The notes under the pieces: model-generated
What the model saw: the letters and a program-made list of their open reading frames with translations, nothing else
Told to the model about the DNA's origin: nothing
Database searches by the model: none
Made by a program: the position numbers and the translations under genes
NCBI GenBank assembly: GCA_020847715.1
Contig: JADLBM010000016.1
Coordinates: forward strand, 6,919 to 70,918
Source of the DNA: Candidatus Yanofskybacteria bacterium
GTDB taxonomy: Bacteria; Patescibacteriota; Minisyncoccia; 2-02-FULL-40-12; GWA2-44-9
Length of the DNA stretch: 64,000 nt
Direction: 5' to 3'
Shown here: positions 57,787 through 64,000 of the stretch, one piece after another
Position numbering within the stretch: the first letter of the stretch is position 1
How the letters are laid out: every line of letters starts with the position of its first letter

Positions 57787-59001
57787 CTAGCTCACCCCAA
57801 CCAACGAGTAGAGCGGCAGCAGTACTGATGCGACGAGAACCGCGACACCCAGACCGAGCACGACAACCAGTACTGGCTCGATGAGCGCAGAAATGTTGTC
57901 GATGCGGCTCTCGGACTCCGTGCGGTAGAACGTGCTCACATGGCCGAGCATGTAGTCGAGCTTCCCCGTGCGCTCCCCAATCGCAATCATCGACGCCATC
58001 AGCGACGGAACCTGTGCGCGATACTGGCGGAATACCTCGGAGACACTCCCTCCCCCGCGCACCTGCTCTTCGGCATGAAGAAGGATGTCGCGATACACCA
58101 CATTGTCGACGATGTCGCCCGTCACGCGAAGCGCATCGAGAATGGCGATGTCGCTCTTGATGAGCGTCGCCATGTTCTCTGCGATGCGCGCGAGGTAAAG
58201 CGACTTCAGGATAACCCCGAACAGCGGCATCCGAATCTTGAAAGCGTCCCACCACTGTCGCCCGTCCGGTGTCCGCACCCACTGCAATGAGCCAACGACC
58301 GTGATGACGAGCAGCGCGAGAATAAGCACGATGTAGCTGTTCGCAAAATCGGTCACCGCCATAAGCGCGCGCGTTGTAATCGGCAGATCGGTGACACCGG
58401 ACTCCTTGAAAATCACGAGAAGCTGGGGAAGCACATAGACCACCATGATGAGCGCCACGGCGACCATCGCGAAGATGACGAAAATCGGATACGCGAGCGC
58501 ATTGCGCACCTTTCCGACAATTGCCTGATTCCGCTCAAGGTAGTCGGCGAGGTACTGCAGCGACTGCTGAAGCCGTCCGGAAATCTCACCAGATCTGACC
58601 AGCTTCACATAGAACTGCGAGAAAAGCTTCGGATGGGCCGCGAACGCCGTCGAGAGCGATGTTCCACCCTCAAGTTTATCGCTCACATCCGCAATGATGT
58701 GCGCGAACGCGGGATTCTCGGTCTGCCCCGCAAGTGTCCGCATGCTTTCGGCGAGCGGCACATCGGCTTCAATGAGCGTCGAGAGTTGTCGGGTGAACAC
58801 GACAACATCTTTCGTCTTCGGGCGGTTGAAGAGCTGGTTCAGGTCGCCACCCGAAAAGATTCCCTTCTTGGCGGGGGCCAGCGCAAGCACAACGAACCCG
58901 CGCCCATGGAGCTCTGCAACGGCGGCGCTCTCATCGGGGGCCTCAATGAGCCCGCTCTGGAGTTTCCCGTCTTGGCTTTTGATCTGGTATGAAAATTGCA
59001 T
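57787..59001 (-). CDS. pilC: Type IV pilus assembly platform protein PilC (GspF family)
   Basis: Two GspF repeats and 3 TM segments. Start taken at MQFSYQIKS. Confidence 0.9.
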   Translation of the reverse strand: MQFSYQIKSQDGKLQSGLIEAPDESAAVAELHGRGFVVLALAPAKKGIFSGGDLNQLFNRPKTKDVVVFTRQLSTLIEADVPLAESMRTLAGQTENPAFAHIIADVSDKLEGGTSLSTAFAAHPKLFSQFYVKLVRSGEISGRLQQSLQYLADYLERNQAIVGKVRNALAYPIFVIFAMVAVALIMVVYVLPQLLVIFKESGVTDLPITTRALMAVTDFANSYIVLILALLVITVVGSLQWVRTPDGRQWWDAFKIRMPLFGVILKSLYLARIAENMATLIKSDIAILDALRVTGDIVDNVVYRDILLHAEEQVRGGGSVSEVFRQYRAQVPSLMASMIAIGERTGKLDYMLGHVSTFYRTESESRIDNISALIEPVLVVVLGLGVAVLVASVLLPLYSLVGVS

Positions 59002-59005
59002 CGTA

Positions 59006-60781
59006 TTACGCCTTCTTCGGACCACCCTCCTCCTGCTCGCTCGCCTGCGCGACCTCCAAGAGCTCTTGGAGTGAGCAGGTGCCGTCAAGCACCTTCAGGA
59101 TGCCGTCCTCGAACATACTCACCATCCCCTGTCGGTCGGCCTCCTCGCGCAGCGCAGACTCGGACAAATTACCCAAGATGATACCCTCAAGCTCGTCGGT
59201 CATGTGGAGCATCTCGAATATCGCGATGCGCCCTTTGAACGCTTTCCCGCCACACTCCTTGCACGGCGACTTCGTGTTGGGTCGATAGAGTTCGAACTGC
59301 GATTTCCGGTAGGGCGCGGCGAGATCAGCGGGCATCGTGTCGAGCGCGTCGGTGATAATCTTCGCCTCCGCCTCGTTGGCAACATCCTTCACCTTGCAAG
59401 TCGGACACAGCCGACGAAGGAGTCGCTGCGCGACCGCAAGGTTTAGCACCGGCGGCAAGAGGTACTTCTCGACCCCCATATCCACGAGACGCGGAATAAC
59501 GCCAAGCGCGTCGTTCGTGTGGAGCGTGGAGAGCACGATGTGTCCGGTCAGCGCAGCCTGCACCGCTAGTCCGGCCGTTTCACGGTCGCGAATCTCTCCG
59601 ACCATAATGACATCGGGGTCCTGACGAAGAATGGACCGCAACCCGTTCGCGAAGGTGTAGCCAATCTCCTCGTGCGTTTGCGACTGGTTGACCCCGTCGA
59701 TGTAGTACTCAATCGGGTCTTCGAGGGTCACGATATTAATCTCCTCGGTATTCATCTGCTTCAGAAGCGCCGCAATGGTCGTTGATTTTCCGGAACCTGT
59801 CGGACCGGTGATGAGAATGATGCCGTACGGCTTGTCGATGGCTTCCTGAAGGAGCGTCGCGCTCCGTCCGGTGACACCCAACCCGGGGAGATCGATGCGA
59901 CTGGAGAGCGGGTCAAGGATACGCATCACCACCTTCTCCCCTGCTTTCGTCGGGAATGTGCTCACGCGAAAATCGATCTTCGTCTTCCCTTGGTAGATGC
60001 TGAAACGACCGTCCTGTGGAACACGCGTCTCGTCGATTTTCAGGTTCGAGAGGATTTTGATACGCGTCACCACGGAAGCGTGCAGATTCTTCGGAAGAGT
60101 CAGCACCGCCTGAAGCACGCCATCAATACGGAACCGGATGCGCGTGTCGGTATCGAACGGCTCCACATGAATATCCGATGCACGACTGTCGATGGCATGT
60201 ACGAGCACCGCCGAGACAACCTTCGTCACCGGACTCTCCGCGGTAATCTGGTCCAGCGACAGCTCGGGCTCCCCACCGCTCACCGCCTGCCCTGCTTCTT
60301 CCGCAATCGACTGAAGCGCCTTGCCGACCTCGCCGCTCAACGACTTGAACCGCTTCAACGCCGCGGCGAAATCTCGGTAGGTGAGCACATACTTCTCCAG
60401 CTTCAGCCCTTTATCTGCGGCGATGAACTTGAGCGCCTCGAGCGCGTTGATGTCTTCGGGGTCGACAAGGCCAACCTTCAGGACGCCATCCGCCATTCCG
60501 AACGGAATGACTCGATAGAATCCCGCAACATCTTCACTAATCTCACCCATTGCCGCGGGGTCCGGTTCGGTCTGCGAAAGGTCAACCTGCGGCAAGCGAT
60601 ACAAGTCGCTCTTGAACTTCGCGAGATCGACATCGTTGAGGATGCCCGCCTCGATGAGCGCGGCGCCTACATCTTTATTCTCGCGCAGCGCAGTGGCGAC
60701 CACGGTATCAGCATCCGCCTTCGTGAGGCGGCCAGTGCGGACAAGCTCGTTGATGAGTGTCTGTGGAACTTTATCGGGCAT
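59006..60781 (-). CDS. pilB: Type IV pilus assembly ATPase PilB (GspE family)
   Basis: Walker A GPTGSGKST, Asp box, His box and tetracysteine motif. Confidence 0.95.
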   Translation of the reverse strand: MPDKVPQTLINELVRTGRLTKADADTVVATALRENKDVGAALIEAGILNDVDLAKFKSDLYRLPQVDLSQTEPDPAAMGEISEDVAGFYRVIPFGMADGVLKVGLVDPEDINALEALKFIAADKGLKLEKYVLTYRDFAAALKRFKSLSGEVGKALQSIAEEAGQAVSGGEPELSLDQITAESPVTKVVSAVLVHAIDSRASDIHVEPFDTDTRIRFRIDGVLQAVLTLPKNLHASVVTRIKILSNLKIDETRVPQDGRFSIYQGKTKIDFRVSTFPTKAGEKVVMRILDPLSSRIDLPGLGVTGRSATLLQEAIDKPYGIILITGPTGSGKSTTIAALLKQMNTEEINIVTLEDPIEYYIDGVNQSQTHEEIGYTFANGLRSILRQDPDVIMVGEIRDRETAGLAVQAALTGHIVLSTLHTNDALGVIPRLVDMGVEKYLLPPVLNLAVAQRLLRRLCPTCKVKDVANEAEAKIITDALDTMPADLAAPYRKSQFELYRPNTKSPCKECGGKAFKGRIAIFEMLHMTDELEGIILGNLSESALREEADRQGMVSMFEDGILKVLDGTCSLQELLEVAQASEQEEGGPKKA

Positions 60782-60791
60782 GGCAGAGCGA

Positions 60792-61058
60792 TTACCGGAA
60801 CGGGTCCGCCTTCCCATTCCCGACCGGCTGTACCGGCAACGAACCGAAGACGCGCAGCTCTTTGAACTGCTCCGACGACAAGAGCGATGAGTCGATGCGG
60901 GCGCTCTCAAGGCCGCGCAGAGATGCCATCTGATGCCGTGGGTCGATGGGCGGAACACTTGCGGTAGGATCGACGCGGCTGTTGTAGAGAAATCCCAACA
61001 CGAATCCCAGCAACATGATGAGGTAGAGGAGCGATGATTGTTGCTTTGTGGTTCCCAT
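60792..61058 (-). CDS. Small membrane protein (PilP-like?)
   Basis: 88 aa with an N-terminal TM helix, in pilus operon context. Confidence 0.4.
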   Translation of the reverse strand: MGTTKQQSSLLYLIMLLGFVLGFLYNSRVDPTASVPPIDPRHQMASLRGLESARIDSSLLSSEQFKELRVFGSLPVQPVGNGKADPFR

Positions 61059-61063
61059 AGCGC

Positions 61064-61597
61064 TTACTTGATGAAATATGCATCAGCTCGGATGCCAAAC
61101 CTCAGCATCCCGGGCGAACGGATGTCGGCGCTTACCTCGATACTGTCGACACTGAGCACGCGAACATACTGCTCAAGACCGGAAAGGAACGAGCGAAGCG
61201 CGCTGTAGGAGCCGGACATTTCAATGGTCAGTGTGAGGGTCTGATACTGGTCGGTCGCCTTCCCACGCGTGTCAGCGGTCCGAACCTCACCAATCTGCGC
61301 ACCGGCATCGGCGGCAATAGCTTGAATGGCTGAGATGAGCTCCGCGGTATCTTTCTTCGCCGGAACCATCGAAAAGAACGCGCGGCCTCCCTCCCCTGCG
61401 AGAACTGCCTGATATGCTGCATACTGTTCGTTCGCCTTCGCAAGGAGTGCGCTCCGATCTTTCACCAGCTGGTCTCGTTCATTCCGAGCCGCACGAAGCG
61501 CCTGCATCTCCTGCCATGAACCGACAACGGTCGGCCAGAAGAAGAACGCCGCGATGGCGATTGAGAACGCTCCGAAAATTGCCTTGCCGCTCGTCAT
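61064..61597 (-). CDS. pilO: PilO-like pilus assembly protein
   Basis: TM helix plus coiled coil. Operon position. Confidence 0.55.
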   Translation of the reverse strand: MTSGKAIFGAFSIAIAAFFFWPTVVGSWQEMQALRAARNERDQLVKDRSALLAKANEQYAAYQAVLAGEGGRAFFSMVPAKKDTAELISAIQAIAADAGAQIGEVRTADTRGKATDQYQTLTLTIEMSGSYSALRSFLSGLEQYVRVLSVDSIEVSADIRSPGMLRFGIRADAYFIK

Positions 61598-62169
61598 GGT
61601 GTTGGGGTTGGTTGTTTTCCAATCAGTGCCCTCGCATCAATGGAAAGCTCACCATCAAACTCTACGACGCCCTGCGGATTCGTTTTGACGGTACGGAGCG
61701 ACACATCTTTCACGCCGGTCGCGGCGACGAATGCCGCGAGCTGCCGCGCAACTGCCGCATATCCATCGGCAGTCGCACGAAATGTGATGGTCCCCTTCGT
61801 TGCGGATGCTCCGAGCTGCGTGAGCGTCACGGATGCCTGTGTCATCTGCTCCATACGCTCGAGCGCCTGTGACCAGTACCACTTCCCTGCGAGCAGTTGC
61901 CGCATGATGCGAGACTGCTTGGATGCGGCGATGAGCTCCTGCTCGTGCGCCTTGTCGCGCTGCTGCTCGCTCGCGTCAAGCTGAGCATCGAGACGGCCGA
62001 TCTGCTGACGAAGACTCGCCTTGTACCCTCCAAGCGTCGCGCTGATGATAAGCATCGAAACAGCAAGTCCGACTGCGGTATAGAAATATGAATTGCCGCT
62101 CGTATACGACGCCAGCGTCGGGCGGCGTTCGGTTTCCGGCAATAGTTGTACCCCTCCTTTGTATGGCAC
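61594..62169 (-). CDS. pilN: PilN-like pilus assembly protein
   Basis: TM helix plus coiled coil. Operon position. Confidence 0.6.
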   Translation of the reverse strand: MPYKGGVQLLPETERRPTLASYTSGNSYFYTAVGLAVSMLIISATLGGYKASLRQQIGRLDAQLDASEQQRDKAHEQELIAASKQSRIMRQLLAGKWYWSQALERMEQMTQASVTLTQLGASATKGTITFRATADGYAAVARQLAAFVAATGVKDVSLRTVKTNPQGVVEFDGELSIDARALIGKQPTPTP

Positions 62170-62206
62170 TACATCAAAATAACGGATAACTCCTCACTCA
62201 AGTATA

Positions 62207-63301
62207 TCATGTCTCTCGCATAGCGCAGCCGACCGCGATGGCGAGCGTGTTGCTCAGCGTCTGCACCAGCGGGGCAAGCTCCTCCGGATGCACGAGCCGC
62301 GCGAACACATTCCCGATGAGCACATCGCGAGGAATGCGCTGCTTCACGTACTGCGCCAGACCTGGCATGTTCGCCAGTCCTCCGATGAGCACAACGCGAC
62401 TGATGCGAGACTTCCGCGCCTGCTCGAACGCCTCGATCGTTTTGTTCGTCTCAAACACCATCATATCAATGAGCGGCATCATCGCGGCTCGCGCTTTGTT
62501 CTCGGGGCTATCAATAACCCCGTACTTCCGCTTCAAGCCCTCGGCTTGCTCGAGGCTCACGGAAAGCGCGCTCGCAATCGCTTTCGTAATCTCGTATCCC
62601 CCAATCTCGTAGTTGTGGCTCAATCGCTCGTACCCCTTGCTGACAATAAGAATGGAGGTGCTGCGCCCGCCAACGTTCAGAATGGCAGTCGGAGAGAGGT
62701 CGTTGCCTAAGAGCGCTCGGACGAGACTCGAGTTCTCCAATTCGAGCGCAACAAGGTTCACGCCCGCGGCACGCATGATGCGCTGGTAGCGCGCGGTTTC
62801 ATCTTTTGGTACCGCCGCGAGAAACACCTCCACGGTAACGCTCGTCCCAGGCGCCACCGGACCGGAAGGCAACTCCCCTGTTCCCCCTGTGCCGTCAACA
62901 ACCCCAATGATGGACCAGTCCAGCACGACCTGATCCAACGGAATGGGAACATACTTGCGCGCTTCGAACGGAATAGTCTTCGCGAGATCCTCTTCGCTCA
63001 CGTACGGCATTTCGATGACCGTCGCAAATGTAGAAAACGCTGACACGGAAGCAACGGCCTCGCGGCTTTTCATGCCGGCGGTCGCGATGGTCTCTTTGAT
63101 GGCCTGCGCGATTTCGTCGTCGGACAGATCCATGACGGTCTTTGCGGTATCCGCATGCCCGTCTGCGCTATGCAACTCGTACATCGCGTAGTTCTCCAGC
63201 TTCCAGCGACCGTTCTCTTGGGAGAGCTCGACAACCTTAATGCTCGATGTGCCGATATCGATGCCCAGCTTGCTTTTCGCCTTGAAGAGATTGAATGCCA
63301 T
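62207..63301 (-). CDS. pilM: Type IV pilus assembly protein PilM (actin-like ATPase fold)
   Basis: GIDIGTSSIKVVEL is the actin-fold N-terminus. Confidence 0.85.
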   Translation of the reverse strand: MAFNLFKAKSKLGIDIGTSSIKVVELSQENGRWKLENYAMYELHSADGHADTAKTVMDLSDDEIAQAIKETIATAGMKSREAVASVSAFSTFATVIEMPYVSEEDLAKTIPFEARKYVPIPLDQVVLDWSIIGVVDGTGGTGELPSGPVAPGTSVTVEVFLAAVPKDETARYQRIMRAAGVNLVALELENSSLVRALLGNDLSPTAILNVGGRSTSILIVSKGYERLSHNYEIGGYEITKAIASALSVSLEQAEGLKRKYGVIDSPENKARAAMMPLIDMMVFETNKTIEAFEQARKSRISRVVLIGGLANMPGLAQYVKQRIPRDVLIGNVFARLVHPEELAPLVQTLSNTLAIAVGCAMRET

Positions 63302-63359
63302 CGTCGTATCTAGTATACCCCACCCAAGGCGTCCTGCGGGCCGCACTTGTGTGGATTAT

Positions 63360-64000
63360 ATGAATGGCCTCTTCCGATGGCTTCGGGATACGCTCTGGCC
63401 TGCACGCTGTGTGGGGTGTTCGCTCGTCAGCACAGATCTCTGCGCCGCCTGCCGCCACACCCTCCCCGACGCTCCGGCCATCCGTATACTCCCCGACGGG
63501 ACTCGCGTCATATCAGGCGGGCCCATCGCTCACCCGCTTCTTGCACAGGCCATTTGGCGCATGAAGTATCGAAGCATCCGGTCGCTCGCGGCTCCCCTCG
63601 CCTGTTGGCTTGCGGACACTATTCTCCGCACCCCTGAAGCGGCGCGCGCCATTCGCACAACGATACTTCTCGTTCCGGTGCCCCTCCACCACGCGCGGAT
63701 GCGCGAACGCGGATACAACCAAGCGCACCTCCTCGCACATGCGCTTGCCGGTATCGCCGCCATGCCCTGCGCCGCAGAGGCACTCATTCGTGTGCGCCAC
63801 ACCGCCAGCCAAGTGGAGACCGCTGACCGAAACGGACGCATCGAGAACATGCGCGAGGCATTTGACTGCCCAGACCCATCAGTCGTGAGAGGTCTTGCCA
63901 TCCTCCTCATTGACGATGTCTGCACCACCGGCGCCACACTGCAGGATTGCGCCCGCACCCTCCGCGCAGCCGGTGCTCGCTCGGTCACCGCCCTCACGCT
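63360..64000 (+). CDS. comF: Competence protein ComF (N-terminal double CxxC zinc finger + phosphoribosyltransferase domain), partial at the window end
   Basis: Frame reads MNGLFRWLRDTLWPARCVGCSLVSTDLCAACRH...LLIDDVCTTGATL... The ORF track misses it because the 3' end lies off the window. Confidence 0.75.
   Translation, partial: MNGLFRWLRDTLWPARCVGCSLVSTDLCAACRHTLPDAPAIRILPDGTRVISGGPIAHPLLAQAIWRMKYRSIRSLAAPLACWLADTILRTPEAARAIRTTILLVPVPLHHARMRERGYNQAHLLAHALAGIAAMPCAAEALIRVRHTASQVETADRNGRIENMREAFDCPDPSVVRGLAILLIDDVCTTGATLQDCARTLRAAGARSVTALT

Overview
This is a 64 kb chromosomal window from a high-GC (~60%), apparently genome-reduced bacterium. It is densely packed with informational genes: dprA, topA, rel, parB-parA, folD, tsaC, rpsP, rnc, nusB, rpmF, dnaE, thrS, miaA, gatB, tmk, rplK-nusG-secE, gyrB, pheST, glyQS, recO, ileS, gatCA and ligA. 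It ends with a complete type IV pilus / competence cluster (pilM-N-O-B-C-A-D plus four pseudopilins) and a divergent comF. There are two tRNAs: Leu-CAA on the plus strand and Asp-GTC on the minus strand. Many essential proteins are short, domain-minimal versions. Many genes carry an extended -10 element (often TGnTAGGAT) only 5-8 nt upstream of the start codon, which implies leaderless mRNAs. A few small ORFs instead carry near-consensus TTGACA-N16/17-TATAAT promoters with Shine-Dalgarno sites and intrinsic terminators. The best candidates for novelty are: (i) a ~2 kb low-GC island with two uncharacterised genes placed 3' of tRNA-Leu; (ii) ileS with an intact histidine-phosphatase (PGM-family) domain inserted in-frame; (iii) attachment-site-like scars at tRNA-Asp; (iv) a pair of 22-bp direct repeats around a small unknown gene next to a MazG-like NTP pyrophosphohydrolase; (v) an unusually long, highly structured convergent intergenic region that may encode a small RNA. 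No CRISPR array, integrase or transposase was seen. All calls come from reading the sequence and ORF translations. No database searches were run.
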